A stretch of DNA of 64,000 nucleotides from the NCBI GenBank assembly GCA_016874005.1, contig VGVQ01000003.1:35019-99018 (forward strand), read 5' to 3'. Under the pieces are notes generated by a model. The model was not told where the DNA came from. It searched no databases and saw only the letters and a program-made list of their open reading frames with translations. This document shows, one piece after another, positions 52,078 to 61,930 of this stretch. The stretch comes from Gemmatimonadota bacterium. GTDB lineage: Bacteria > Gemmatimonadota > Gemmatimonadetes > Gemmatimonadales > GWC2-71-9. How positions within the stretch are numbered: the first letter of the stretch is position 1; each line of letters starts with the position of its first letter. The position numbers were made by a program, and so were the translations under genes.

Positions 52078-54233
52078 CTTCGGCCGCGCTCGATCAAACC
52101 GCCGAGTTCCGGACCCTCCTCGGCAACAATGCCGATCGGCTCGATATCGGGCTGATCGACCGGGCCCTCCGGTTCAGCGCCAGCGCCCATCGGGGGCAGA
52201 AGCGGATGTCTGGCGACGACTTCGTCTCCCATTCGATCGCCGTCGCCACGATCCTGGTCAGCCAGCTGCTCGACTCGACCTCGATCGCCGCGGCGTTGCT
52301 GCACGACGTCGTCGAAGAGTCGGAGACCAGTGTCGACGACATCGGCCGGGAGTTCGGCCCCGAGGTGGCCGGTCTCGTCGACGGCCTGACCAAGATCTCC
52401 CACCTGACCTTCCGGTCCCGCGCCGAGGAGCAAGTCGAGAACTACCGTAAGTTGCTTCTCTCGATCGCCAAGGACGCTCGGGTCATCATCATCAAACTGG
52501 CCGATCGACTCCACAACATGCGGACGCTGGAGTACCTCCAGCCGGAACGCCGGGAGCGCATCGCCACCGAGACCCGGGAGATCTACGCCCCGCTGGCCCA
52601 TCGCTTCGGGATGGCCAAGGCCAAGGCGGAGCTGGAAGACCTCGCCTTCAAATTCCTCGAGCCGGATGAGTACGGCGCCCTCGTCGGTCAGGTCGCCGCC
52701 AAACGAGCCCATCGCGACGAGCTGATCGAGGTCCTCCGGCGGCCGCTGGAAGAGGAACTCGCCAAAGCTGGCGTGGAGGAGGTCGAGGTCACCGGGCGGC
52801 CGAAGCACCTCTGGTCGATCTACCAGAAAATGAAGCGGCGGGGGACGCCGTTCGATCAGGTCTACGACATGATGGCGCTACGGGTCATCGTGCCGACCGT
52901 ACCGTCCTGCTACCACGTCCTCGGGGTGATCCACCACAACTGGACTCCGGTCCAGGAGCGAATCAAGGATTACATCGCGTCACCCAAGTCCAACGGCTAC
53001 CAATCGCTCCATACCACGATCTTCGGCCCGAACGGACAACTGTACGAAGTGCAGATCCGCACCCACGACATGCACCGAACCGCCGAGTTTGGCATCGCGG
53101 CCCACTGGCTCTACAAGTCGGACAAACGCCGCGACGACCTCGATCAGCATTTCGAGTGGTTCCGCCAGTTGCTCGAGCTGCAACAGGATACCCACAGCCA
53201 AGAGGAATTCCTCGAGTTTCTCAAGCTCGACCTGTTCCAGGACGAGATCTTCGTGTTCACCCCGGAAGGGGACGTCAAACAGCTCCCCAAAGGGGCCACC
53301 GCCATCGACTTCGCGTTCCACGTTCATACCGAGGTCGGGATCCACTGTCAGGGAGCCAAGATCAACGGCCGGATCGCGCCGCTCCATCGGGAGCTCAAGA
53401 ATGGCGATTCGATCGAGATTCTGACGTCGCCCGCGGCCAAGCCCAACCGGGACTGGTTGAGTCACGTCCGTACCGGGCGGGCCCGCCAGAAGATCAAGCA
53501 GTGGATCCGTCACGAGGAAGAGACCCTGAGCGTCGGGCTCGGTCGGGATATCCTGGCGCGGGAGATCAAGCGACGCCGATTGGAGGCGGCCGACGGGTCG
53601 GAACTCGGCCGAGCCGCCAAGAGCCTCGGGATGGCCGACGCGGCCGCGCTCGAGGCGGCCGTGGGCAGGGGCGATCTCGCCATCGGCCAAGTGATGCGGG
53701 CCATCTATCCCGACCTGACCGATGAGGATCTCCGGGAGCCGAAGCCCACGGTCTTTGGCCGGATGATCAACCGGATTCGGTACGGCAAGGGCGTTCGGAT
53801 CCAGGGAGTCGATGGCCTCCTGGTCCGGTACGCCCAGTGCTGCCAGCCGGTGCCTGGAGACACTGTCGTTGGTTATGTAACCCAAGGGCGGGGGATCTCG
53901 ATTCATCGGGTCGACTGCCCCAACCTGCTCACCCTCCAGGATGGCGACCGCCGGGTCGAGATCGACTGGCAGGAGCAGCAGGGCGAGTCGTTCGCGGTCC
54001 GGCTGGTGCTCAACGCCGAGGACCGGCGGGGCCTCTATGCCGACATTCTCCAGGCCGTCAGCCAGACCGGCACCAACATCAAACGAGCCGACCTCCACAC
54101 CAAAGACGGGGCTGCCTTCGGCACCTTGCTCGTCGAGGTCGACAACCTGACCCACCTCGCGAAGGTCCTCCGGGGGATCCGCCGGGTCAAGGGAGTGACC
54201 TCGGTCGACCGCCGCGAGGTCGCCGCCGGATAA
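52074..54233 (+). CDS. rel: bifunctional (p)ppGpp synthetase/hydrolase (RelA/SpoT homolog)
   Basis: 719 aa. HD hydrolase domain (HSIAVATIL..LLHDVVEES), synthetase block (YQSLHTTI), TGS and C-terminal ACT-like domains. ATGA overlap with the radC stop. Confidence 0.93.
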   Translation: MTSAALDQTAEFRTLLGNNADRLDIGLIDRALRFSASAHRGQKRMSGDDFVSHSIAVATILVSQLLDSTSIAAALLHDVVEESETSVDDIGREFGPEVAGLVDGLTKISHLTFRSRAEEQVENYRKLLLSIAKDARVIIIKLADRLHNMRTLEYLQPERRERIATETREIYAPLAHRFGMAKAKAELEDLAFKFLEPDEYGALVGQVAAKRAHRDELIEVLRRPLEEELAKAGVEEVEVTGRPKHLWSIYQKMKRRGTPFDQVYDMMALRVIVPTVPSCYHVLGVIHHNWTPVQERIKDYIASPKSNGYQSLHTTIFGPNGQLYEVQIRTHDMHRTAEFGIAAHWLYKSDKRRDDLDQHFEWFRQLLELQQDTHSQEEFLEFLKLDLFQDEIFVFTPEGDVKQLPKGATAIDFAFHVHTEVGIHCQGAKINGRIAPLHRELKNGDSIEILTSPAAKPNRDWLSHVRTGRARQKIKQWIRHEEETLSVGLGRDILAREIKRRRLEAADGSELGRAAKSLGMADAAALEAAVGRGDLAIGQVMRAIYPDLTDEDLREPKPTVFGRMINRIRYGKGVRIQGVDGLLVRYAQCCQPVPGDTVVGYVTQGRGISIHRVDCPNLLTLQDGDRRVEIDWQEQQGESFAVRLVLNAEDRRGLYADILQAVSQTGTNIKRADLHTKDGAAFGTLLVEVDNLTHLAKVLRGIRRVKGVTSVDRREVAAG

Positions 54234-54252
54234 CTCGCTCGAGGAGCCGACC

Positions 54253-54657
54253 GTGCCGAACTACTGGTTGCTGAAAACCGAGCCCTCGACCTACGGGTTC
54301 TCCGATCTGGCGCGCGCCGGTCGCGCCAGTTGGGATGGGGTGGCGAACCCGGTGGCGTTGAAGCACCTCCGCGCCATGGCCGTGGGCGACCGGTGCTTCA
54401 TCTACCACACCGGCGACGAGAAGCGGATCGTCGGCCTGGCCACGGTGACCAAGGCCGCCTATCCGGACCCGAAGCTTGGCGACCCCAAGATGGTGGTGGT
54501 CGATCTCGAGGCCGGCGATTCCCTCCGCCGACCGGTGACCTTGGCCGAGGTCAAGGCCGACCCTCGTTTCGGCGACTGGGAACTGGTCAGGCAGAGCCGC
54601 CTGTCGGTCATGCCCGTTTCGCCCCAGCGCTGGAAGGCGATCCTGGACTGGAAATAG
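54253..54657 (+). CDS. EVE (PUA-like) domain protein
   Basis: 134 aa with a GTG start. [19 protein letters not shown]...[24 protein letters not shown] is the EVE-domain pattern as I recall it. Confidence 0.78.
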   Translation: MPNYWLLKTEPSTYGFSDLARAGRASWDGVANPVALKHLRAMAVGDRCFIYHTGDEKRIVGLATVTKAAYPDPKLGDPKMVVVDLEAGDSLRRPVTLAEVKADPRFGDWELVRQSRLSVMPVSPQRWKAILDWK

Positions 54658-54683
54658 GGGTACCGAAGAAACACCGGCAGCGG

Positions 54684-54689
54684 TATATT
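54684..54689 (+). promoter_or_regulatory. TATATT -10-like box, 9 nt before the uvrB ATG
   Basis: cggTATATTGccgaggccATG. It carries the same TATATTG heptamer as the one upstream of the Rrf2 gene. The spacing implies a very short or absent leader. Confidence 0.3.
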
Positions 54690-54698
54690 GCCGAGGCC

Positions 54699-56753
54699 AT
54701 GCCGAGTCCGCCGTTCGAAGTCGTTGCCCCGTTTGAGCCCGCGGGAGATCAGCCTGCGGCGATCCAAGCCCTGACCGAGGGGCTCGAGGGCGGCCGGCGC
54801 TATCAGACGCTGCTTGGGGTCACCGGTTCCGGCAAGACCCTGACCCTGGCCCACACCATTGCTCGGCACGGCAAGCCAGCCCTGGTCATGTCCCACAACA
54901 AGACCCTGGCCGCGCAACTCTACGGGGAGTTGAAGCAGTTTCTCCCCAACAATGCCGTCGAGTATTTCGTTTCCTACTACGACTATTACCAGCCGGAAGC
55001 CTACGTTCCCGCGACCGACCTCTACATCGAGAAGGACTCCTCGATCAACGAGGACATCGAGTCGCTCCGACTCCGCGCCACCTCCAGCCTGATGGAACGG
55101 GACGACGTCGTGATCGTGGCGACGGTCAGTGCCATCTACGGCCTTGGTGACCCCGCCAGCTACCGGGCGATGATGTTCTCGCTCAAGGCCGGGGAAGAGA
55201 AGGGGCGCGACCAGATTCTCGCCGACTTGGTCTCGATCCAGTATCAGCGCAACGACGTGTCGTTCGATCCCGGCACCTTTCGGGTCCGCGGCGACACGAT
55301 CGAGATCTTCCCGGCCTACGACGAGCGGGCCGTTCGGGTCGAGCTCTGGGGCGACACCATCGAGCGGATCTCCAAAATCCATCCGGTGACCGGCAAGACC
55401 ATCAGCCAGCTCGATCAGTGCGCGATCTGGCCGGCGACCCACTACGTCACCGAGCGTCCGACCGTCGAGCGGGCGGTTGGGCTGATTCGGGCCGAGCTGG
55501 CCGAGCGACTGGCCGGGTTCAAGGCGGCGGGGAAGCTGCTGGAAGCGCAGCGGCTGGAGAGCCGGACCAACTTCGATATCGACATGCTGCTCGAGATCGG
55601 CACCTGCCCCGGGATCGAGAACTACTCGCGCCCCATCAGCGGCCGAAGGGCTGGCGAGCGGCCGGCGTGTCTGATCGACTACTTCCCAGCCGATTTCCTG
55701 GTGGTCATCGACGAGTCGCACGCCACGCTGCCCCAGATCGGCGGCATGTACAACGGCGATCGGGCCCGCAAGGAAACGCTGGTGGAGTACGGGTTCCGGC
55801 TTCCCAGCGCTCTCGACAATCGGCCCCAGACGTTCGACGAGTTTCTGAGCTTGGTCCCCAAGATGATCTCGGTCTCGGCGACGCCCGGCGACTTCGAGCT
55901 GGGGCTGGGCCAAGGGCGCGTCGTCGAGCAGATCATTCGGCCCACCTTCCTCGTGGACCCGCCGGTCGAAGTGCGACCGGTCAAGGGCCAGGTGGACGAC
56001 TTGCTCCACGAGATTCGGGACCGCGCTCGCCGCCGGGAACGAGTGCTGGTGACCACCCTCACCAAGCGGATGGCCGAGGATCTCACCGACTACCTCCAGC
56101 AGGTAGGTGTCCGGGTCCGCTATCTCCATTCGGACATCGATGCCATCGAGCGAATGGAAATCCTCCGAGGGCTTCGGCTCGGCGACTTCGACGTGCTGGT
56201 TGGGATCAACTTGCTCCGAGAGGGTCTCGACTTGCCCGAGGTGTCGCTGGTCGCGATCCTGGACGCCGACAACGAAGGGTTTCTCCGCAGCGATCGCTCC
56301 TTGATCCAGACCGTCGGGCGGGCCGCTCGGAACCTCAACGGCCGGGGGATCCTGTATGCCGATCGAATCACCGGGTCGATGCGACGCGCCCTCGACGAAA
56401 TGGACCGCCGGCGTCGCCGCCAACTCGAGTACAACGAGCGGCACGGTCTGACCCCCGTCTCCATCGTCAAGTCGACCGAACAGGTCAAGCTGTCGACCTA
56501 TGTGGCCGACGCCCGCACCGAGCGCCCGGCCAAGGACCGCAAGGTGGTCGAGGATCTCCACGATCCAGCCGCGCGGGCTCGGGCGATGCAAGCTCTCGAG
56601 CGACAAATGCGGGAAGCGGCCGCTAACCTTGAATTCGAGCTGGCTGCCATGCTTCGCGACCAGCTCAACGAGCTGCGGGCCTTCGAGAGCGGCAACGTGG
56701 CCCGGCCGGCCGGCGGCGCCTTCAAGCGACCCGGTCGCCGGGCGCGGGTCTGA
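54699..56753 (+). CDS. uvrB: excinuclease ABC subunit B
   Basis: Track ORF 54330..56753 trimmed to the ATG at 54699, giving 684 aa. [18 protein letters not shown] and the C-terminal UVR domain ([17 protein letters not shown]). Confidence 0.96.
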   Translation: MPSPPFEVVAPFEPAGDQPAAIQALTEGLEGGRRYQTLLGVTGSGKTLTLAHTIARHGKPALVMSHNKTLAAQLYGELKQFLPNNAVEYFVSYYDYYQPEAYVPATDLYIEKDSSINEDIESLRLRATSSLMERDDVVIVATVSAIYGLGDPASYRAMMFSLKAGEEKGRDQILADLVSIQYQRNDVSFDPGTFRVRGDTIEIFPAYDERAVRVELWGDTIERISKIHPVTGKTISQLDQCAIWPATHYVTERPTVERAVGLIRAELAERLAGFKAAGKLLEAQRLESRTNFDIDMLLEIGTCPGIENYSRPISGRRAGERPACLIDYFPADFLVVIDESHATLPQIGGMYNGDRARKETLVEYGFRLPSALDNRPQTFDEFLSLVPKMISVSATPGDFELGLGQGRVVEQIIRPTFLVDPPVEVRPVKGQVDDLLHEIRDRARRRERVLVTTLTKRMAEDLTDYLQQVGVRVRYLHSDIDAIERMEILRGLRLGDFDVLVGINLLREGLDLPEVSLVAILDADNEGFLRSDRSLIQTVGRAARNLNGRGILYADRITGSMRRALDEMDRRRRRQLEYNERHGLTPVSIVKSTEQVKLSTYVADARTERPAKDRKVVEDLHDPAARARAMQALERQMREAAANLEFELAAMLRDQLNELRAFESGNVARPAGGAFKRPGRRARV

Positions 56754-56757
56754 CCCG

Positions 56758-57171
56758 ATGCCCCCCGACCTGGGTCTCGCCGAGGTTGAGCTGCTGGGCC
56801 GTGAATTGGGCGAGGCGCTGCGGCCGGGTGAGGTGGTCTGGCTCGAGGGCGAACTCGGGGCCGGCAAGACCACCCTGGTGCAGTCGATCGCCAGCGGCCT
56901 CGGCGTGGCCGAATTCGCCACCAGCCCGACCTACAACTTGGTCCACCGGTACGAAGGGCGGCGGGGCCCGGTTTTCCATGTCGACTGCTACCGGCTCCGG
57001 GTCCCCGACGAAGCAGCCGAACTGGGTTGGGAGCGGCTTGCTCTGGCGGATGCCGTGCTGATCGAGTGGCCTCACCGGGCCGGCGCCTGGGCGCTGCCCC
57101 CAACTCGGCGGATTCGGCTCGCCCACACCACCGATCCCGACCGACGTCGGGTGGAAGTGATCGCCTCGTGA
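56758..57171 (+). CDS. tsaE: tRNA threonylcarbamoyladenosine biosynthesis protein TsaE
   Basis: Track ORF 56500..57171 trimmed to the ATG at 56758, giving 137 aa. LEGELGAGKTTLVQ P-loop and SPTYNLVHRY. Confidence 0.85.
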   Translation: MPPDLGLAEVELLGRELGEALRPGEVVWLEGELGAGKTTLVQSIASGLGVAEFATSPTYNLVHRYEGRRGPVFHVDCYRLRVPDEAAELGWERLALADAVLIEWPHRAGAWALPPTRRIRLAHTTDPDRRRVEVIAS

Positions 57172-57812
57172 TCGTTGCAGTCGACGGCACGACCGACCGT
57201 TTGTCGATCGCGGTCGGGATCCCTGGGAGACCGGCGGTCAGCCGCTCCCTGGAGGGAGCCCGGAGGCACACGGCGGAGCTTCCCGGGCTCGTCGACGAAG
57301 TCCTGGCCGCCGCCTCGGGCGGCTGGTCCAACGTGACGGCGGTGGTCCTGGCGGACGGACCCGGCGGCTTCACCGGACTGCGGGTCTCGGCTGCCTGGGC
57401 AAAGGGCGTTGTCCGGGCCCGCGGCCTGCGGCTGGGCGCCGCCTCGACGTTGCTCGTCCGGGCGGTTCCGCTCGGCCAAGCAGGCCACCCGGTTGTCGGG
57501 GTCGGAAACGCGATGCGGGGCGAGCTATTTTGCGCTCGGTACCGGTTCGAACCGGATGGCTCGATCCTCGAGCTCGAGGGGCCGCGCCTGGTGTCGGCGA
57601 TCGGGACGATGGCCGAGCCAGGTGACCTAGTCGCCGAGGGGCTGCCAGACGCGGCGGATTTGGTGGCGTTGGCCGGGCGACCGGGCGGGGTGCATTGGGT
57701 GGACCAGGTGGCCAGCTGGGAGCCGCGATACGGCCGGCCCGCCGAGGCCCAGGTGAGGTGGGAACGCGTCCATGGCGTCGGTCTCGACGATCCGGCCGGC
57801 CACGGCGGCTGA
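57168..57812 (+). CDS. tsaB: tRNA threonylcarbamoyladenosine biosynthesis protein TsaB
   Basis: Track ORF 57027..57812 trimmed to the GTG at 57168 (GTGA overlap). VIVAVDGTTDRLSIAV and GPGGFTGLRVSAAWAKG match TsaB (GPGSFTGLRIG). Confidence 0.78.
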   Translation: MIVAVDGTTDRLSIAVGIPGRPAVSRSLEGARRHTAELPGLVDEVLAAASGGWSNVTAVVLADGPGGFTGLRVSAAWAKGVVRARGLRLGAASTLLVRAVPLGQAGHPVVGVGNAMRGELFCARYRFEPDGSILELEGPRLVSAIGTMAEPGDLVAEGLPDAADLVALAGRPGGVHWVDQVASWEPRYGRPAEAQVRWERVHGVGLDDPAGHGG

Positions 57813-58242
57813 TCTCGACGCGATTGCCGCGGCCGAACGGGTGTGCTTCCCCGACCCGTGGAGTCGCGAGGCACTGGGCGAGCTGCTCGGGGCGAGCGGC
57901 ACCACGGCGCTGGTAGCCACCACGGCGGCGGCAGGTACAGTCGTTGGTTATTTGATCGCCCGCGCGGTACTCGACGAGGCCGAAATCCTCAACGTGGTGG
58001 TCCTGCCAGGGGCTCGGCGGGCGGGGCTAGGGGGCCAACTCATCGGCCGGGGCCTCGAGGCCTTGGTCCAGTTGGGGGCCCGAGCAATCTTCCTCGAGGT
58101 CCGGGAGTCGAACCGGGTGGCCCGCGACCTTTACGAGCGGCACGGCTTCAGGCCGATCGGGGTCCGGGCGGCCTATTATCGCTCGCCGGTGGAGGATGCC
58201 ATCGGGTACCGCTGGGAGTCGAGTCCCGCGTCAAAAAGATGA
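57772..58242 (+). CDS. rimI: ribosomal-protein-alanine N-acetyltransferase (GNAT)
   Basis: 156 aa. IRPATAADLDAIAAAERVCFPDPWS and the acetyl-CoA site LPGARRAGLGGQL. Sits in the usual tsaE-tsaB-rimI context. Confidence 0.8.
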   Translation: MASVSTIRPATAADLDAIAAAERVCFPDPWSREALGELLGASGTTALVATTAAAGTVVGYLIARAVLDEAEILNVVVLPGARRAGLGGQLIGRGLEALVQLGARAIFLEVRESNRVARDLYERHGFRPIGVRAAYYRSPVEDAIGYRWESSPASKR

Positions 58243-58337
58243 CGGTTGCGTATCTTCGGTTGTCATAAGGACTTAGCAGTTGGCTACCTTGGGCGCGTCC
58301 GCAGGAACGACCAAGCCAAATCACCTGGGGGGAACAC

Positions 58338-58814
58338 ATGAGCCGCAGCCTGAACAAAGTCATCCTGATCGGCAATCTGGGTCAGGGTCCCGAGGTCCGC
58401 AGCCTTGCAAATGGCGGACGGGTGGCCAATATCTCGATTGCGACCAGCCGCCGGTGGAAGGGGCAGACCGGGGAGATGCAGGAAAAGACGGAGTGGCATA
58501 GAGTTGTGCTTTGGAACAACAAGGGCTCGAATCTTGCCGACATCGCCGAACGCTATTGTAAGAAGGGCGATAAGGTCTACGTCGAGGGGAGCATCGAATA
58601 CCGGAGTTGGCAGGACCGGGAGGGGCAGACTCGGTACACCACCGAAATTGCCGCCCGGGAGCTGATCCTGCTTTCGGGACGGGGGGGTCCCGACGGCGAT
58701 TCGGTTGCCTCCTCGAAGGCCGCTGCGGCCGCCCCGTCGGCGCCGCAGAAATCGGAGTCCTTCGATGATTTCCCGGAGGCGCTTGATGCCGAGGATGACG
58801 ATCTTCCGTTCTAG
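58338..58814 (+). CDS. ssb: single-stranded DNA-binding protein
   Basis: 158 aa. [19 protein letters not shown]-fold N-terminus, a Gly/Ala-rich linker, and the acidic tip DDDLPF. Confidence 0.93.
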   Translation: MSRSLNKVILIGNLGQGPEVRSLANGGRVANISIATSRRWKGQTGEMQEKTEWHRVVLWNNKGSNLADIAERYCKKGDKVYVEGSIEYRSWQDREGQTRYTTEIAARELILLSGRGGPDGDSVASSKAAAAAPSAPQKSESFDDFPEALDAEDDDLPF

Positions 58815-59952
58815 ACTGCTCTGGACCGCAGCGGTTTTGGGTGTGGCCGCCGACCCCTGGTCGGCGGCGGACGCCCAGGCTAAGCAGCCAGCGCAAGCCT
58901 CCTACACCGTCAAGAACGGCGACTCACTCTGGTCGATTGCCCAGCAGTTGTTGGGCGACCCCTTCCTGTGGCCGCAGATCTACCGGCTCAACACTCAGAC
59001 GGTCGAAGACCCGCACTGGATCTACCCGGGTGAGATGTTGACCCTGATTCCAGGCGAGGCGATCCGAGCGGTCTCGGCCGAGGACACCCCCGGGCCCGAG
59101 GCCGAGCCGACGCCCACGCCGCCCAGCCCCCAGCCGGAGCGGCCGGGGGTGGTGGTCGAACCGGAAGACATGCAGGAGCCGGCTGGCGACACCTTGTTCG
59201 CCCGGCGCCGAGGCCTCGACGCCCGGACCGCGCTTCGGGGGTATCGTGAGCGGCCATATCGCCCACTTCGACGCGGGGAGTTCTACGCCGCCGGCTACCT
59301 CACCGAGGGGCAGGCGCTCCCATTCGGCGAGTTGCTCGGGTCGGTGACTCCCCAGCAAATCCGCAATCTGAGCGAGCGAGCCACGGCAACGCTCTATACG
59401 ACCGTCGCGCTGACCCCGCCGGCCGGCGCGTCCTACCAGGTAAACGACTCGTTGCTCGTGGTGCTTACCTCCGCCGGGCCGGAAGGGTACGGCGACATCG
59501 TCCTGCCCACCGGTCTCGTCCGGGTGACCGGCCAGAACGGCCGCCAGGCGCTGGGGCTCGTGGTCGCGGTCTTCGGCCCCATTCGTAATGGCCAGAAGGT
59601 CGTGCCGGTCGATAAGTTCGCCGCGGGCGGCACGTCCCGGGCGCAACCGGTGGAAAACGGTGTGACTGGAGCGGTACTCGGGCCCCGGGAAACCCGCGAG
59701 CTCAAGCACCCACAGACCTATCTGTTCATCGACCGGGGGTCGAGCCAGGGCGTTGCCCGTGGCGACATCTTCGAAGTGCGGCGCGACCCGGAGGAGCGGC
59801 TCGGGGCCGCCGATACCGTGGACGAGCTGATGGCGGTGCTCCAGGTGGTTCATGTTCGAGAGCGGTCGGCCACCACCAAGGTGGTTCACGTGGTGTCACC
59901 CGACATCCCGCCGGGGACCCGCATCAAACAGGTGGCCAAGCTGCCGAACTGA
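58786..59952 (+). CDS. secreted LysM-domain protein, function unknown
   Basis: Track ORF 58705..59952 trimmed to the ATG at 58786 (58795 is an alternative). Signal peptide. The LysM domain is [30 protein letters not shown]...IYPGEMLTL. The C-terminal ~250 aa are unassigned. The 5' end overlaps the ssb 3' end. Confidence 0.62.
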   Translation: MPRMTIFRSRLLWTAAVLGVAADPWSAADAQAKQPAQASYTVKNGDSLWSIAQQLLGDPFLWPQIYRLNTQTVEDPHWIYPGEMLTLIPGEAIRAVSAEDTPGPEAEPTPTPPSPQPERPGVVVEPEDMQEPAGDTLFARRRGLDARTALRGYRERPYRPLRRGEFYAAGYLTEGQALPFGELLGSVTPQQIRNLSERATATLYTTVALTPPAGASYQVNDSLLVVLTSAGPEGYGDIVLPTGLVRVTGQNGRQALGLVVAVFGPIRNGQKVVPVDKFAAGGTSRAQPVENGVTGAVLGPRETRELKHPQTYLFIDRGSSQGVARGDIFEVRRDPEERLGAADTVDELMAVLQVVHVRERSATTKVVHVVSPDIPPGTRIKQVAKLPN

Positions 59953-59978
59953 CCATCCCGGGCGGCGATGAGATCGGC

Positions 59979-60010
59979 GCGGGGCCGGACGTCCGGCCCC
60001 GCGTCGTTTT
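59979..60010 (+). terminator. rho-independent terminator after the LysM gene
   Basis: Perfect 24-nt palindrome GCGGGGCCGGAC/GTCCGGCCCCGC (59979-60002), followed by GTCGTTTTATCTT. Confidence 0.6.
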
Positions 60011-60092
60011 ATCTTCCAGGCGTGTCGTGTTTTCGGCGTCGAGCGTCTCCCGCTCGACGCGTCACCGGCGGTGGCATTCCTGAGGAGACCGA

Positions 60093-60809
60093 ATGATCCT
60101 GCTGCTCCAGGCCCCTACCACGGTGCCAACCTCGATTTGGCAGATGGTGCTGGTGTCCAGCCTGGAAACGAGAGTCGTCCTCGGGATCACTGGCATCTTC
60201 TCGATCCTGTCCTGGTTCATCATCGGGCTCAAGTGGTGGCAGTTTCGGCGGATTCGGTCGCAATCGGGGCGGTTCTTCATCGCGCTGGAGGGGGCTCCCA
60301 AGTTGCACGATGCCTACCGGGTGGTGATGAAGCTGCCGAACTCGCCCCTCAACCGACTCTTCCGCGAGGGCATGCATTTCTACAATGAGCTGTTCCCGGG
60401 CGTGGTGCGCGACGGGCCGGCCCAACGGATCTCGCTGGCGCCAACCCAGCTCGAGGCGTTTCGGATGGTGCTCGGCAAAGAGATAGCCGCCGAGCGCGAC
60501 GCGGCGGCTCGGTTGGTCCCGTGGCTCGCGACGATCGGGTCGGTCAGCCCGTTGCTGGGGTTGCTCGGGACGGTGCTGGGCGTCATGAATGCCTTCATGG
60601 GCATCGGGCAGAAAGGGTCCGGCAACATCTCGGCGGTGGCACCGGGGATTGCCGAGGCGCTGATCACCACGGTGGCCGGCCTGGCGGCGGCGATTCCGGC
60701 CGTGATGGCCTACAACTACTTCGTCTCCCGGACCGGCCATTTCGAGGGCGAGCTGGAGGGGTTCGGCAACGCCCTGGTCGGGTGGATGGCGCGAGAGGGG
60801 TGGCTCTAG
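60093..60809 (+). CDS. tolQ: Tol-Pal system proton-channel protein TolQ (MotA/TolQ/ExbB family)
   Basis: 238 aa with three TM segments. LATIGSVSPLLGLLGTVLGVMNAF and the APGIAEALITT signature. GAGGAG SD at 60083-60088. Confidence 0.85.
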   Translation: MILLLQAPTTVPTSIWQMVLVSSLETRVVLGITGIFSILSWFIIGLKWWQFRRIRSQSGRFFIALEGAPKLHDAYRVVMKLPNSPLNRLFREGMHFYNELFPGVVRDGPAQRISLAPTQLEAFRMVLGKEIAAERDAAARLVPWLATIGSVSPLLGLLGTVLGVMNAFMGIGQKGSGNISAVAPGIAEALITTVAGLAAAIPAVMAYNYFVSRTGHFEGELEGFGNALVGWMAREGWL

Positions 60810-61241
60810 ATGGCGGGGATCATGGGAGGCGGGTTGGGGCGCCGGCGAGGGCCGCCGCTCAGCGCTGACATCAACGTCACCTCGTTGGTCGACGTTGCCT
60901 TCGTGCTGTTGATCATCTTCATGATCACGGCGCCGATCATGCAAGGCGGTATCGACGTCGAGCTGCCCAAGGCCCAGGCGACCCCGTTGTCGTCGAAGGA
61001 TGGTGTCGTCGTCTCGATCAACCGCCAGGGACAGATCTTCATCGACAACCAGCGGGTGTCGCGGGCCGAGTTTCAGGCGACCATTCGCCGTTTCGTGGAT
61101 CAGAGAAACACCTCGAGTGTCTACGTCCGGGGCGACGCGAACGCGCCCTACGGGAGCGTGGTACGGGTGCTCGCGGCGCTGCGGGAGGCCGGCATCACCG
61201 GCGCCGGGATCGTGACCGAAGAGGAAGAAATCGGCCGATGA
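60810..61241 (+). CDS. tolR: TolR (ExbD/TolR family)
   Basis: 143 aa. INVTSLVDVAFVLLIIFMITAP, the conserved Asp-containing TM, and VYVRGDANAPYGSVVRVL. Confidence 0.85.
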   Translation: MAGIMGGGLGRRRGPPLSADINVTSLVDVAFVLLIIFMITAPIMQGGIDVELPKAQATPLSSKDGVVVSINRQGQIFIDNQRVSRAEFQATIRRFVDQRNTSSVYVRGDANAPYGSVVRVLAALREAGITGAGIVTEEEEIGR

Positions 61242-61930
61242 TTCTGCGGCGGCGAGGCGAGCTTCCCCGCCAGGCGATCGCCGTTGGCGCCGCAGGTACC
61301 GCGTTGGTCCACCTGGCCGCCGTGGTGACCCTGGTAGCCGCCGCGACCCGCCGGCCGATGAGCCAGGTCGCGGTGTACGCGGTGGAATTGACGGCCGCGC
61401 CCCTGGCGCGGAGCCGTCCGGTCGCTCCGCCGGCACCGCCACCCCCCCCGACGGCCCCGGCCCCGGCGCCAACCCGACCCAAGCCGGTCGCCAAGAAGCC
61501 CGACCCAACGCCAAAGCCGCCCGCCAAGGTCGATCCCAAGACTGAGCCGGCGAAGCCGGCGGCCGCGACGAACGTCCCCGCCGCCGGAGAAACGCCGAGC
61601 ACCGGGACCGACGTCGCCAACGTCAAGACCGAGGGTATCCCGTTCCCCTATCCCGAGTACTTGCGGCAACTGACTAACGAGATTCTCCGCCGGTGGTCTC
61701 GTCCCCTCGGCGCGGCCGCCCTGGAGGCCGAGGTGAGCTTCACGATCCATCGGGACGGCCGAGTGACCGATATCCAGGTGGCCCGGTCGTCCCGGAGCTA
61801 TTCGTTCGACCTGGGAGCTCGTGGGGCGGTGGAGCAGGCCGGCGAGGACCTGGCCTTCGGCCCGCTGCCCAAGGGGTGGCAGTCGGATATCCTCAAGGTC
61901 GCCTTCCTCTTCACTCCGAGATCTCGATGA
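61238..61930 (+). CDS. TolA-position protein with a TonB-type C-terminal domain
   Basis: 230 aa. N-terminal TM, a Pro/Ala/Lys-rich spacer (PPAPPPPPTAPAPAPTRPKPVAKKPDPTPKPPAK) and a TonB_C-like end (YPEYLRQL...VSFTIHRDGRVTDIQVARSS). ATGA overlaps on both sides. Confidence 0.7.
   Translation: MILRRRGELPRQAIAVGAAGTALVHLAAVVTLVAAATRRPMSQVAVYAVELTAAPLARSRPVAPPAPPPPPTAPAPAPTRPKPVAKKPDPTPKPPAKVDPKTEPAKPAAATNVPAAGETPSTGTDVANVKTEGIPFPYPEYLRQLTNEILRRWSRPLGAAALEAEVSFTIHRDGRVTDIQVARSSRSYSFDLGARGAVEQAGEDLAFGPLPKGWQSDILKVAFLFTPRSR

Noticed and set aside
54459-56921. 820-aa minus-strand ORF antisense to uvrB and tsaE, and the 402-aa out-of-frame ORF 55418..56626
   Set aside because: Shadow ORFs of uvrB with no motifs and biased composition.
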